This document shows, in pieces, positions 30,601-44,445 of a stretch of 64,000 nt of DNA. The notes under the pieces are model-generated. The model searched no databases. It was not told the origin of the DNA and saw only the letters and a list, made by a program, of their open reading frames with translations. Source of the DNA: Amoebidium appalachense (taxonomy: Eukaryota; Protista; Ichthyosporea); the NCBI GenBank assembly GCA_963693365.1, contig CAVNZM010000003.1:14106914-14170913 (forward strand), read 5' to 3'. Position 1 is the stretch's first letter, and every line of letters starts with the position of its first letter. A program made the translations under genes and the position numbers.

Positions 30601-33600
30601 ATGTTCAGCGAGAGCCAGGAAGAGTTTGAAGATGATCTGTTGCGGGCACTGGATGCCGACCCGCAGCAGGTCCTGCAGGCCCACCCCTTCCTGCAGGCCA
30701 TGTTGGCCCCACCACCCCCACCCCAACCCCTCCCCGGCCTCCCCCCCGCCCCCGCCCCCATCAACCACCCCGATGACCCCCAGATCATTGCCATGCCGGC
30801 CGAGGGCAACTGGCGGCTGCGTTCCCGTGTAGATGACATGCAGGCACGGGGGTTGGGTGTACGCGGCCACACCCTCGAGTACCAACCCCTGCGCACCCTT
30901 GACGTGACTGAGTACCCCCCAGTTTTTTGCAGCCATGCTGTTCGATGCCATGGCCCGTGCAGATGTGCAGGCGGGGGACATGCTGATTGTGCGTATCATC
31001 AGCCTGCACGTGCAGGCCAACGGTGTGGACAACCAGGTGGGGGATGATGGCAAACCCAACGCCGACGTGACCAACCGCCGTGTGTTTACTGCAGGCCCCA
31101 TGGAGGTGTTCAATGGTGATGTCAACGCCGTGGTGCTCAAGCTGATGGAGAACATACGGCAACGTACCCAGAGTGCAGCCGAGACCTTCATGGACGGCAG
31201 ATCCACCGTGCATCTGACGGTGGCCCCACCCAAGGACATGGTGAGGAGGGGGGCCTGTGGGTCCCTGTCCACCACCACGGGGGTGAATGCACGGTGGCTG
31301 CACGATCTGGTGGAGGCCAAGGCCGTGGTGGATGTGACCGCCCTTGTGCAGGATGCATGCAGCACCGACGACCCACAGGTGACCGGGGAGACCTTCCTGG
31401 ACCACCAGCAGCTGCACGGCTTTGCCTACGGCCCCAACTGTGCCCAGCTGTGCCTGGTGTACTGCATGGTGATGTGGGTGAAGAAGGCAGCCAATGGCAA
31501 CGAGCAGGCCAACCTACCCACCGAGCACACACGCAAGGTGCTGGGCAAGGGGGGCAACCTCATGGATCGCAAGGACCACCACGTGCTGTGCCACCTGCTG
31601 ACCCCAAAGGAGGTAGTGGGGGTCGGCAACACGACCCTGGGGAGGTCGAGATCTTCCGGCTGTGGGGTGTGCAACCTGCTACTCCCTCCCACAGATCCAA
31701 GGAGCCACCACCAAGACCGTTACCTGCGGAGATTGTACGACCTGCCTGTGCCTGCAGAGGATGGCCTGACGGTGGATGAGCTGGGGGCTGTCGTGGATGC
31801 CCTCAACACAGCCATTGCCGAGCAGCCTGAGTCAGTCACCCGCCTGCGGCTGGTGGTGGTGGACATGGACAGCGGGGCCAAAGTGCTACGCCGGTACGGG
31901 GACCTGAGCACGGCCCTGCCCCCCTCCAAGCTGTGCACCATGTACTTGGCCCACTCCCAGAAGCTGGGCCACTTCACGGCCATCACCTCCAGTGTCAGCA
32001 CGGCCATCGAGCGCCTACGACACAGCAACCACACGGGGGAGGCACGACGGAATCTCAGCACCTGCTACCACTGCAACCAGACCGTGCAGAGCAAGAACAT
32101 GGGGAAACACCGCTGTGTGAACCAGTGCGACAACTGTGGGTCAAAGGGCGACCGCAACGACCAGGCCAACGCCTGTGTGTGGACCCCCGAGCGCCGTCTG
32201 CAGCTTGCACGGGCAGGGGAGGAGGCATGGCCTTACCGTTGTGACGACTGCTGTGGCCTCTTCCCGTCGACCAAATGCATGGCCAGCCACAGCACCAAGC
32301 TCAAGGGCTCAGGGGCAGGGGTTGGCAGAGACCGTCATTCCTTCTGCGACAACGTGTTCTGGTGCCGGCTGGACACGTGCACCCACGGCCTGCAGGGCCC
32401 TACAGGGTGATGGGTACCGGCGATGGTGTCCGCCGGGTGTGTGTGTCGGGCAACCCTGCCGGCCGGTTCTTCTACAAGTTCAAGTACGCCAGCGTGCGCC
32501 GGCTACGTCGGCTGCACACCGCCCAGGAGCAAGGGGGGTACGATGCAGGTGCAGATGCAGGCGCCAACGACGAGGGGGAGGACTGGGGTTGGGGCACGGA
32601 CACGGGGGAGGGCTCGGATGCCGAGGATGCCGACACCGACCCCCCACCCAACCTTGCCGAGTCGTCAGACGACGAGGGTGACGATGATGATGATGGCATC
32701 GACCTCATGCAGATGTCTGAGGGGGAGGGGGAGGGGGGTGAGGACGGGGGCAAGAAGAAGGACGACACGTGGACACAGCACCTGTGCACCGACTACGACT
32801 GCAAGGGGTGCGGGGGTTACATGCCCGGCAACCACACGTGCCTCATACGCAGCAAGCGTGACCAGCGACGTGTGCATATGTGCACGCACACGGATGCAGA
32901 CGGCAAGGAGTGTGACAGGGTGGCATGCTACTCCAACGAGCAGGGGGAGGGGGAGGAGGGGGAGGGGGAGGGGTCACCTGCACGGCAGAGGGCCAGGGTG
33001 GATGGTGCCGACGGCAGGGTGGGTGCACACGTGTGCAAGCTGCACCTGCCCGACGACGGCAGCAAGGGTGCATGGAGGCAGACCCGGCAGCCCATCCGGG
33101 ACATAGTGCTCGACTTCGAGACCATGCCCGTGCCTGCACCCGACCACACCGACGACAACCCCCACTTCATACACATTGTCTACCTTGCAGTGGCCACATA
33201 CGTCGAGCCGGCGGCCAGCCAGCCCTCAGCCCCCATCATCTTCTGGCCTGAGGCCTCTGCCGACGGCAAGAACGGCTGGGATGTGTTGATGGAAGACCAC
33301 CACCATGTTATTGACAAGGTGGTGAAGTGGCTGTTTGACACACCGCCACATGCCGGCGGCCGGGTGTTTTGCCACAACGGTAGTGGTTTCGACTTCCACT
33401 TTGTGACCAAGAGGGTGGTGGGCTGCCAGGACTATGTGTACGTCCCCATCATGGCCAACAGCAAGATCAAGTCCTGCCGTATCCGTCACTACATCAAGAA
33501 TGCCGGTGCACCGGCACCCCCCGGCCCCGAGCCCATGCACGTGGACGGCGATGGCCATGGCCATGGTGATGGCCATGGTGATGGCCATGGCGAAGCAGCA

Positions 33601-35860
33601 GCAGGCACCGGGCACAAGAGGAGGCACGGGGGGCAGAGGGGGGACGGCAGCCGCACGACGGTGGTGGAGCTGGCGTTCGTGGACACCCTCAACTTCCTCA
33701 CCATGTCACTGTCGGATGCAGGCAAGGCCATGGGCTGCCAGGAGACCAAGGGCCACTTCCCCCACCGTGCAGCCACATTTGCCAACTTCAAGGCCGGCCG
33801 CATTGCCTTCCCCGGGCCCGAGGACTTTGGGGCCCAGGACATGAAGCCCAGGCAGCATACTGCCTTCATGCAGTGGTGGCACGAAGAGCAGGCACGTCTG
33901 CACGAGGGGGCACCGGCGGCCACATGCTACGACATTGTGCAGCAGTGCGAGGACTACTGCGTCAAGGACGTGGTGCTGCTGCAGCAGGTGGTCAAGGCCT
34001 TCATGTCCAAGCTGGTGGAGCTGACGGGCATCGACCCCTTCACGTGCGTCACCCTTGCTTCCCTCGCCATGCACTTCTGGATCACGCAGGCCATGCCCAA
34101 GGACGTGGCCGTGATGCGTGACCAGACCATGGGCAACGTGAACAGCAGCAAGAAGGAGCAGGAGTACATCGACTACATCACCCACAGCCTGGGGGTGGGG
34201 CCAGACGACGCTGCACGGCACGTGGCCACCGGGTACGGCCCCCACGGCAGGGCCACGGCCGATGCCAAGGCCACCCACGACGACGGCACGTGCACCTACT
34301 ACTTCTTCCACGGGTGTGTGTTCCATGGGTGCCCCGACTGCAACAGGCACGAGGATCTGACGATGAGGGTGGTGAAGAGGCCGGCCAGGGAGGCCTACGA
34401 CAGCACCATGGCCCACGAGCGTTACATCCGTGCCCAGGGGCACAAGGTGCAGAGCATGTGGGAGTGCAGGTGGGACAGGCTGAGGCAGAGCCCCGAGGTC
34501 AAGGCTGCACTTGCAACCCAGGCAGCACGGAGTGAGGGCACCGGCAAGGTGGCCCCCGTGCCCACGGGCCCCGTACAGTTCCGTGATGCCTTCTTTGGTG
34601 GTCGCACCGAGGTGATCACCCGTCACATCGAGGTCAAGGAGGAGGACCAGCCGGCGGCCGGGCTCAAGTACGTGGACGTCACCTCCCTCTACCCGTACGT
34701 CATGATTGACAAGTACATGCCGGTGGGCAAGTCACAGTGGTTCACCTGCCTGCCCATCAAGCCGGAGGACCACCCATCGGCCATCGTCACCGACCCCCAG
34801 GTGCTCAAGGAGAGGCTCGACAAGACGTGCCGTATGGCCCCCGGCTCCCCCCAGGCCAGGACCAAGGGGTACTTTGGTGTTGCACGTGTGAGGGTGCTGC
34901 CCCCCAAGGACCTCTTCATTCCGGTGCTGCCGGTGCGAATGACGGGTGCCCAGGGGTACGACAAGCTGGGCTTTGTGCTGTGCAGGGCCTGCAGCAGCAA
35001 GGAGGAGGTCCGGGCCACCTGCATGGACGAGGACGGCAACCCCAGGGTACGTGAGCACACACTGTGCACACACACGGACGAGGAGAGGGCGCTGGTGGGC
35101 ACGTGGACGACGGAGGAGTTGAAGGTGGCCGTGCGTGACGGGTACACCATACTCGACGTGTACGACGTGGTGCACTTCAAGAAACGCACCAAGAACCTCT
35201 TCCGGAAGTACGTGCAGACGTTCCTGAAGGTGAAGCTCACCAGCACCACCGTCGACCCGGCCGACATTCCTGCCCTCGTGCACCTGTTCAAGGAGCACTA
35301 CGGCATTACGGTGACCGCCGACGAGTTTGACCCCAACCCGGCCCTGCGTACCATCAGCAAGCTGTTTCTGAACAGCCTCTGGGGCAAGTTGGTGCAGAGG
35401 GCGGGGCTGGACACCATCGAGTTTGTCGACGACGTCGACCGGCTGAGGCTGCTGGTGACCAACCCCAACCTCCTGGTGCTCGACGTCGAGCCCATCGGCG
35501 AGCAGAGGGTGGCCATCAAGTACCGGCCCAAGAAGGAGACGGCCCCACCCCCCTCCTATGCCAACATTGCCATTGGCACGTACGTCACGGCACATGCCCG
35601 GCTGCACCTCTACGGGGCCCTCCGGTCCCTGTCCCCCCAGCAGGTGGTGTACATGGACACCGACTCCATCGTGTACCACTACGACAGCCTGAGGGTGCCC
35701 CACCTCCGCCACAACATCGACTCCACCAACGGCGACCTGCTGGGCAACTGGAAGAACGAGACCACCACCCCCATCGTCGAGTTCGTGGGGGTCACGGCGG
35801 CCCCCAAGACGTATGCCTACCGCACCCAGGACGGCAAGACCGACGTCAAGGTCAAGGGCC
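30601..35860 (+). pseudogene. polB: Protein-primed family B DNA polymerase (Polinton group 1 / adintovirus type) with a long N-terminal extension and a Vsr-like insert; two frameshifts, C-terminally truncated
   Basis: ExoI IVLDFET, ExoII HNGSGFDFHF, FVDTLNFL..KGHFPH, ExoIII YCVKDV, FHGCVFHGCPDC..MWECRW insert, FFGGRTE, motif A YVDVTSLYPYVM, motif B KLFLNSLWGK, motif C YMDTDS, then KTYAY..KVKG followed by an abrupt composition change. Frameshifts at about 30920 (C6) and about 32397 join ORFs 30601, 30935 and 32275. Confidence 0.93.
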
Positions 35861-35861
35861 A

Positions 35862-37520
35862 TCAGCAATCTTGCGCGAACATCCAAAACATATCAAACCC
35901 ATCTAGGATATGCAACTGTATATTAATGGATAGCTTTTGGATATCCACACGATATGTAGGATGGTTTCAGTCGAACATATCAATACCATCCACTGGATAT
36001 ATACAACATGTAATTTCCTCCTGACCTCCAACCAATGTCCAATATGTATGTAGTTGCATGCTTAGATAGTGATCAAGATATTGCACCCCCAATAGATATC
36101 ACATTTGGATATCCATGCTGTACCTCCATTGGGCATCGTTGTGATATCAAATATCTGGATATGCAATCAATGCATATATGGATACATAAGTGCACCTATA
36201 ATGGCCATTAAATACACATTAGATGCATATGAATGCAGACATCAAACGCCACCTGGTTGGTTCGGCATGTATTGGATATTAGACAGATGCCCACAATGGA
36301 TATCGACGCTGGATATCCAATGATGGAATTTCAACTGCATTCCTCCGTTGGATAGCTATATGGATATGTAACATTCTGGATATCCATGTGGATGCTTAGC
36401 TGTATATTAGACTGGATCAGTAACAACATATCCAATACATGACTGACAAGGATATCCGATCAAAATCCCCATACAGATATCAAGATATCCCTGTAGCAAG
36501 ACATGCAATACACCTAACAAGTATATCCAATGGCGGTCTATAGTGGATGTCCATATTGGATATCCATTATAATATCCAGATGGATCGCTAATACATGTGC
36601 ACTTGACCCCAACGCTAATGAACAATGCATGCCCATATTGGATACGTTCCATGGATATCCATTCCGATATCCAGATACATACGCATTTGCTTGTCCACTA
36701 GACCCTCCTATAATAACCAAAGCATGACGATTCCACATATCCAATTAGATCACCAAATATGGCTCTGACGGTTATCCATATACACCCGCACGCTGATGTC
36801 CAATAGACAATCATACTAAGACACAATGGATAGCTATACTGGTTATCTAGGCTCAACATCCATACAGATATCTTGATACAGCTGCATTTGCCCATCCACT
36901 AGACCCTAATACTAATATCCAATGCATGACGAAAATACATATCACAATAGACCCCCATACCGATCTCCAACGGCTATCCATATGCACCCCTGCTTACCCA
37001 TCCAATATATGTCGATATTCATATACAATGCATCACCATTCACAATATCTAATTTTAATATCCAACATGATATGCGGATACATATACACCTACATATGCA
37101 CTCGGCACCTATGTTGATACCTAATGCATGAAAAACAAACATATCAAAGTAGATGTCCAACCTAATGCCTAACACTTAACAAACATACATGTTTTGGGAT
37201 ATCCATTTACACCCGTATCTAATACTTAAAATATCACTATAACAGCTATCTGGGTTGATACCCATACAGATAGCCAGATACATCTGTAGCTACATCTCTA
37301 GGGTATATCCACTGGATTAATTGCATAATTTTGGTACTGTATATCTGCAACATATCTATTAGTGTGTATTTGATGTGTAATAAGGCCTTTCCGGATAAAC
37401 ATTATACATCTTTACCGATCCATCGCATAACCATATGATGGCTAATGACCACCATTGATAAATAATTTATGTCTGGCCTAATATCTATTACATAAGTAAT
37501 ACTTATCCACGGTACAAAGT
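35862..37520. repeat. AT-richer degenerate array of GGATATCC/ATATCC/TGGATA motifs, probably a fragment of a non-autonomous DNA transposon
   Basis: Dozens of (G)GATATC(C)-like words in both orientations. It starts exactly where pPolB homology stops. No termini were identified. Confidence 0.55.
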
Positions 37521-37583
37521 TACACAACCACGTTATACTCGGTTCCACAAATCAAGGGGAAGAAATAGATAAAAAAGAGGAAG

Positions 37584-37614
<31 letters not shown>

Positions 37615-37681
37615 TATAGTCTATTGCCTTAAAAAAAAAACAGATCACACGTGTGAATGGCCCAGGTTTGCAAAACGGTTC

Positions 37682-38700
37682 GGTTTTATTTGTGGAAATT
37701 ATTGACATAAATATTTTTCTGGGTAAACACGTAGGATGGGTGTCCGATATCAACAGGCTTCGTTTCATGTTTTAGCAGTTCGCGTTCGGCTGCCCGCATA
37801 CGGGCACCTATTAGCCGATCAAAACATCAGATTCCACAGATCACTAGACCGAGTTTGATTGGCTCAGGATAAGATTTCACATAACACTAGATCGGTTTTG
37901 ATTGGCTCAGTTCGGCAGCCTTAGGTATATAAGCACGACAGTTTTAGCAGATCAGCAAGCAACAACACATCCTCTGTGTTTAGCACCTACAGCTTTACAG
38001 CTATATTTTCTTCTTCATTTCTTCTCCCTATCTTTCCCTAGGCCGGTCAGCATGCCGCCGAAAAAAGCGCCAGGCCTCAGCCGCCGCCCCTACCGCGGCA
38101 CCTAAGCGCCTGACCCGCAGCGACCTCCGCCACAGGCTGACCAACGCATCACTCGCCTCAGCACCCGATACCCGTGGGCCCAGATCCACAACTATGACGT
38201 ATACGCCCGAACCGTTGCCCACCAACAGGGTCGGGCTCCGATCGAGTGTCCCAACCTGCTCGCCCAACTCCACCAGGATCTCCTCCTGCCACCCACTCTG
38301 CTCATCCCGGACGCATGTCAGCGTTGCGGCTTCCCCGACCACCCCAGCGCGGCCTGCCCCATGTACCCCAAGCCCGGCTGTGGTCTTGATGGTTTCGAGC
38401 CCCCCCACAAGCCCGGCGGGGGACAAACCCCCAACCGACCCGGCCCGCAACCCGGCCCGGCACCACCGGCCCGACCCGTGGATCTACCCGCAACACACTG
38501 CAGGAATTTCCACAACGGTCGGTCCTGCGCTAAGCAGCCCTGCCCCTTCTCCCACGTGTGCCCGCTCTGCTCTGGCACACACCCCCGCCAAGACTGCAAG
38601 CACAATGCCTAGTCTACAAGCACACCCACACCCACAGATAGAACATAGGGGCTAGGAGCTAGGTTACACGGGTGCAAGGACACGGAGCTCGGGAAAAACG
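37682..38700 (+). mobile_element. Internally deleted Ngaro/DIRS-like (tyrosine-recombinase) retroelement: terminal repeat/promoter, gag remnant and start of pol
   Basis: The 5' sequence GGTTTTATTTGTGG.. is shared with 56781. CCAAT-like GATTGG boxes and TATATAA lie at about 37926, with ATG at 38052. The Gag remnant reads RYPWAQIHNYDVYAR, CQRCGFPDHPSAAC (CCHC) and CRNFHNGRSCAKQPCPFSHVCPLCSGTHPRQDC* (ends 38612). No RT or YR core is present. Confidence 0.65.
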
Positions 38701-39113
38701 GGGCACTAGGGCTGAGTAACATTTTTCGCAGGCCAACTACGGCGCCCGCGCGCGCCAAGAATAAATGTCCCTACACAAAGACGTTATTCTGGCCACTGCA
38801 CATAAATTTACTCCCCCCACAAGTAAACGAGGTACAGGATTCTAGGGTGTGTTTCCATGTTTTTGGGCCATAACAAAGTCCAGCAAAGTTTACGGGTCTA
38901 TTGAATGACGATATGGAGAAGACACCGTGAAGGTGTTTGTGAGACTTGTGACTCGTGCCGGGCATAATTTTAAGTGCATGTATGCCTAGGGGTGGTGAGG
39001 GTTGAGGAGAGAGTTGAGGGGGGAAGGGGGTGGAGAAGGGGGGGGGGGTGGGGGTGGGGGTGGTGGTGGTGGTGGTGGTGGGGGGGGGGGGGGGGGGGGG
39101 GAGGGGGTATCAA

Positions 39114-39457
39114 TCAACCTTTTGCCCTTTTCATGACAGAGTCGATGATGTCTAATGCCGTCTTGTTGTATGACATATCCTTTCTGAACAAATTGCCCGT
39201 CCCAACCACCATCGGCAGCTCGATGATCTGAGTGTGATCCTTCTTGTCTTTTGTTGGGAGAAAGAATTTTGAGTCGAGGTTAAGGTGGCCTTCGGTCAAA
39301 TACCACAGCACCTCGATCGTGCCGTCCTTGTGGACATTCAGAATCTGTTTATCGTGTGTGGGTGTGTGTATATGTGTAATATGATATGGTGCGCTTGCTT
39401 GTGCGTGTACTTTTGTGTATGACAAGAGTGTGTGTGGGTTCTTTTTTGCTTGTGTCC

Positions 39458-39489
<32 letters not shown>

Positions 39490-39499
39490 CAGGGAGGAT

Positions 39500-39535
<36 letters not shown>

Positions 39536-40267
39536 GGGGGGGGGAGGGTTTTGATTAATAAGATTAAAACAGTTATAAGATATAGGTTCTTTCAGCCTGG
39601 GAATGACAATATTGAACTCCGGGAGGGAGGGGGAGGGGAGGGGGAGGGGAGGGGAGGGGAGGGGGGGGGGGGGGGGTTTAAAAAAATGGCATTTCATTTT
39701 TTTAAAAACTTAGTACTAAAGTCGATGCAGTCTTGACATCTAATTATGGAACAGAAATCCACAGCAGTTACCATAGTAAAGTATACAGTAACAGCCGATA
39801 TGTAACCGGATTCTGCTTCAACATTATTTTCAATCATGTTGAAGCAATCATGTTGAAGGAAGTGATCTCGAAGGATACAAGGGGAAGAGAGTGGGAGAAT
39901 GGAAGTAGGGACGGGTACGGTGTGTGTATGAGGGTATAGGGGTTTAAAGTGGATATTGGCGGGTCACGGTGGGGGGGGGGGGGGGGGGGGAAGGGGTGGG
40001 GGGGGGGAGGGGGGAAGGGGGTGGGGGGGGGGGGGGGGGGGGAGGGGGGGAAGGGTGGGGGGGGGGGGGGGGGGGGGGGTTTGAGAAATGCAGGAGGGGA
40101 AGGGGGGAGGGGGGAGAAAGAGGGGGGAGGGGGGGGGGGGAGGGTGGGGGGGTTGTGTGTGTGTGTGGGGGGGGGGGGGGGGGGGGGGGGGGGTTTGAGA
40201 AATGCAGGAGGAAGGGGGGAGGGGGGAGAAAGAGGGGGGAGGGGGGGGGGGGGAGGGTGGGGGGGTT

Positions 40268-40321
<54 letters not shown>

Positions 40322-40940
40322 AGGGGGAGGGGGGGAGGGGGGGAGAACCTTCGCCGGTTCGGGGATGGCCTCGGGGTTGTAGCTGTCGGTGGGGTTGACA
40401 ATTATGAGAACAATTTCACCCTTCTTGGCGTTTGAGTACGGGCTTGGATTCTTCCACTCTGCCAAGCGTGCTCGTTTCCCAGGGTCCCGGTACGCCCCTG
40501 AGTATGGTGCTTTGAAGGGCTTGTCCTGCCGCAAGCTGGGCAGCGGATCCTCAATCGGCTCCGGCTCGACAGCCACCTGTTCGGTATGTATTGGTTAGTT
40601 GTTCAAGGGGAAATGCGCGTCATGCAAACTTCTATAAAATTGACCATGTCATTGTGCAACCGTACCTAACAGCGCACACCAGGGCTGGGTGGGTCACGTT
40701 GTGTGTATGAGGGTGTTTGTGTGTTTGAAGGAGGGGAGGGGGGGAGGAGGGAGGGGGGAGAGAGAGAGAGAGAGAGAGACGGGGGGGGGGGGGGGGGTTG
40801 CCGGTTCTAGGACGGTATTGGCCTTACACAAGTTATGCAAATCATGTCCTTCAATAGAGTTCATTTGTTCGATAGTGTTCCTAACTATTTGCAAATGTGT
40901 GTGAGTGTGTGTTTGTGTCTACGTGTGTGTGTTGTGTGTA

Positions 40941-40981
<41 letters not shown>

Positions 40982-41527
40982 CTGTTCTGGTTCTGCACCT
41001 CCAGCCTGGGCCAACTCTCTCTTTCGGTGTATGAATTCTAGGGTTCTTGTTAGAGGGTCTACCTCTTCCTTGTATTCAAATCCCGGAGGAGGGCGCTCAT
41101 TCTCGACGGCCTCTGCAAACCGCAGATACCATTCTCGTTGCTCAGGGGAAAGATCTTTTCCAACACCTCCCATGTTCTCTGGGTTGAGCTGTTCCCGCCA
41201 TTGGGAGACGGGCTGGGTCTGTTTTGCAGCTGTACCGTCCTCGAATCGAATATGAAGCCGAGGTGGGCGGGCGTCGGCTGGAATGACCTCCTTGAAAGCC
41301 CACATAATATCATCCATGGGAGACCACTCCGGGTCAGTGCAATATCTCTTCCACCGGATTCCTACCTGGGATTTTTTTTTTCGGGAGGAGAAGGGGGGGG
41401 GGGGGGGGTGGGGGGGGGTGGGGGTGTGTGTGTGTCTTTGGGGAGGGGGGAGGGGGTTGTGGGGTTGTGTTGGGAGGAGTGTGTGTGTGTGTGTGGTGGT
41501 GGTGGTGGTGGTGGTGGTGGTGGGGGT

Positions 41528-41559
<32 letters not shown>

Positions 41560-41979
41560 AGAAGTCAGACATAGTGACTACGAACTGTGGGAACATTTGT
41601 GTGGCTGTTTGGCCTTAAACGTTATGGGCGAGTTCGGTTTCAGCCAACCCCAAAACAACTTAGATATTCAAGAAAGGGAAGGGGGTCTGCCGATATCATG
41701 TGGGCCGTAAAGACATACTTTGTCTGTTACAGTACATAACGTCCATGTGCAAGTACGTCTCGCGTGTAGGTATCTCAATTTCGGGTGTGTTTCTGGGTGG
41801 GCTGGGTGGGTCGGTTGGTGGGACGGTGGGTTGTTTGGTGGTGGCTGGATATGTTTTTTTTTTATTTTTATTTTTTAAATTTTTTTTTGGAAATTAGTTT
41901 TTCTTTTCAATTTATTCTTTCATTCCCCAAAAATGCTGATATCCTGTTGGCCGTAAAAACGAACACTTAAATCCTTTTT

Positions 41980-42010
<31 letters not shown>

Positions 42011-42319
42011 GGGGGGGAGGGGGGGGGGTCCTACACGCTGGGCATTGAATTCCGGGTGATGGTGGTGGGCAATCTCGAACGCATGACACTGCGTGAGTTG
42101 GTGTAGCCCGTACATGTATGGCGTAAAAAACGACTTGAAGTCCCACATGTCCGTAACCACATGCACGCAGTGCTTCTCTCCATTTGCTGTCTGTTCGATG
42201 CACACTCGGGCTATTTCCAACAGCTGGTCCCATGTAGCAATATGCTGTCTCAGAAGAAGTCGCCAGAACACGGAAAACTTCTGGTCCTGTGATGGGGAGA
42301 GGGGTGTATGTGTGTGTAT

Positions 42320-42353
<34 letters not shown>

Positions 42354-42544
42354 GTAGGGGATGGGGGGGGAGACGGGAGGGGCCTAAATTAACATTATGT
42401 TGGCTAATGTGTAAGTACTACAAAGAATCCATAAAGGTTTACGTTTTGCATCATGTAACCTTTACTTCGTTAATCATTTCCTGAACATGTGGTTACAGTG
42501 TGTATCAGAAGAAGGGTGGGAGGGTAGGGAGTGCATCAAGAGGG

Positions 42545-42617
<73 letters not shown>

Positions 42618-42905
42618 GGGGAGGACCTGTAGGCCGTGTGTATGCCCGACAATCATGTTGCACACGATGATCTTTTTGAACAACCCGCGTTCGACCATAT
42701 ATGCCAGAAAGCAGTAAACGTATTGGTTCTTACTTTCGCCGGCTGAGTTGTCGTGGGAGCATATGAGGGTGCCTGTCCCGTCCAACTTGATATTGTCCCG
42801 GTCGTAGAACAGGGTCTCTGCCAGTGCATTGATTGCACAATTTGCACCCTTTCCGTAGAGGCCTGTGTGGGATGGGCATCGTAGTTAAACGTGGTGCCTA
42901 GCAAC
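39114..42905 (-). pseudogene. Sola-like DDD transposase, catalytic and C-terminal exons (42905-42627, 42286-42035, 41365-40982, 40576-40349, 39344-39114)
   Basis: KGANC..TLICSHDNSAGESKNQYVYCFLAYMVERGLFKKIIVCNMIVGHTHGLQ|DQKFS..MWDFKSFF..CHAFEI matches the Sola DN-x2-G-x-NKN...GHTH-x3-D-x2-F signature. Splice sites are phase 0 GT-AG. One frameshift at about 42850. Confidence 0.8.
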
Positions 42906-43364
42906 CTTGAAGGACAATATCCCTCCCTCCTCCCCCTCATTCTACCATTCTCCACCCCCCACTCCCCCCCCCCCCACACACACTAACCCCCTCACCCCCC
43001 CCCCTCCCAAACCCCCCCTCCCCCCCCCCCCTCTTCCCCTCCCTCCCCTCCCCCTCCTCCCTCCCCTCCCCCCCCGGCCTGAAAATAAATAAATAAATAA
43101 ATATATAATTATAAAAAGAAAGGGTGGGGTAGAATAAGAATAAGTTGCAAAGGTAAAATGAACAAAGGGTATACCAGAGAAAAATCTTCCATATCAGTAT
43201 TATCACTTGGAACATTCGAAGTAGTCGAAATTGTTCGTGATCACATGTATGAGTGTGTGCGTATATGTTGCGTAGGCTTGTGTGTGAGTGTGATAGTGTG
43301 TGTGTGTTGGTTTGAATATTAATGGCTGGTATTAAGCAAGGGTATGGCTCGAGATGAATCACGG

Positions 43365-44102
43365 TCACTGTACAAGTGTTACTTGTTCTAGATATTTAAA
43401 TGTTGGATGCTGGAGTGGTGGAGCCGGCGTGTACAATAGCGTCTGTGGGGTCAGATGCTGACCTTTCTTGGATGGGGCCAGGAGGGCGGCGGGGGTGAAC
43501 TTATACAGGTCGACGAAACGATTGGCGCGCAAATCTGCCAGCACATCCGCGGGGGGAAGCGGGAGTGTGCCCGGCTGAATGTCGCCAGTGTTCTCACCTG
43601 TGATGGGGGGCGCGGGCAGGGCAGGCAGGTCAAGGTCAGGGCCGAGATGCAGCCCCGGGGAAACCTCCCCGGGTGTGGAGGGCGCGGCGGGGGGCGCGGG
43701 AGGGTCGCGGTTGGTGAGAGCAGCCAGGACGCCAGCCATCTGGGTGCTGATGGCGGTGAGGGCGGCCAGGACGGCGTCTTGAGAAGTCATCTGCGGGGAC
43801 GGCGGGGCCTGAGGGGGGACTTCAGGGGTGGAGGGGAGAGTAGCCGGCGGGTCCGGGTCCGTGGTGGTATGGGCCGCTGGAGGCGCGTCAGTGTCCGCGG
43901 GAGCGTTGGTCAGCCTGTGGCGGAGGTCGCTGCGGGTCAGGCGCTTAGGTGCCGCGGCAGGGGCGGCGGCTGAGGCCGGGCGCTTTTTCGGCGGCATGCT
44001 GACCGGCGTAGGGAAAGATAGGGAGAATGAAAAGGAATGAAAAGGAATATATAGCTGTAAGGCTGTGGATGCTAAACACAGAAGATGTGTTTGTAGCTTG
44101 CT
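43365..44102 (-). mobile_element. Second fragment of the Ngaro/DIRS-like element (5' UTR and N-terminal gag MPPKKRPASAAAPAAAPKRLTRSDLRHRL..)
   Basis: Reverse-complement match to 37955-38150 and 55610-55672. It includes gag sequence deleted from the 38052 copy. Confidence 0.75.
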
Positions 44103-44445
44103 TGATGATGACACGAGTTGATCTTAACTAGTGTCTGTGTCCTATCGTGTACGTCTCCGCGTACCAGATCTCTCTGAAAGCAATTGGTTCTTAGTGATTG
44201 GTTTCTATTAGAGATAGATCTGATTTCCGACTGGTCGGAAATCATGTATGGATTGGACTTAGAGGAATTTCAGGTATTTATTCGAAGATCAGAATAAATT
44301 CAGTTCAGTCGTGTCTAAACATTGATGTCTGTTGTGTACACTGCTCCGATCGTTCCGTGTTTTGTTGTTGTGTGAGTGTCTGTGGTGTTTTCACACTGCA
44401 CCACTGTGTCTCTGCTTTCATCCCAAATATTTATACAATTTAAGA

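Larger units (their letters stand above)
29417..35860 (+). mobile_element. Truncated Polinton/Maverick (adintovirus-like) element: probable left terminus, repeats and pPolB gene
   Basis: Putative terminus AGAGCGAGAGCGAGAG at 29417, a duplicated block downstream, then a GC-rich intronless protein-primed PolB. No integrase, ATPase, protease or capsid gene and no right end were seen. Confidence 0.7.

Noticed and set aside
30561-35886. Long antisense and alternative-frame ORFs over pPolB (and similarly over the Copia pol genes)
   Set aside because: Shadow ORFs caused by GC3-rich codon usage, with no recognisable motifs.
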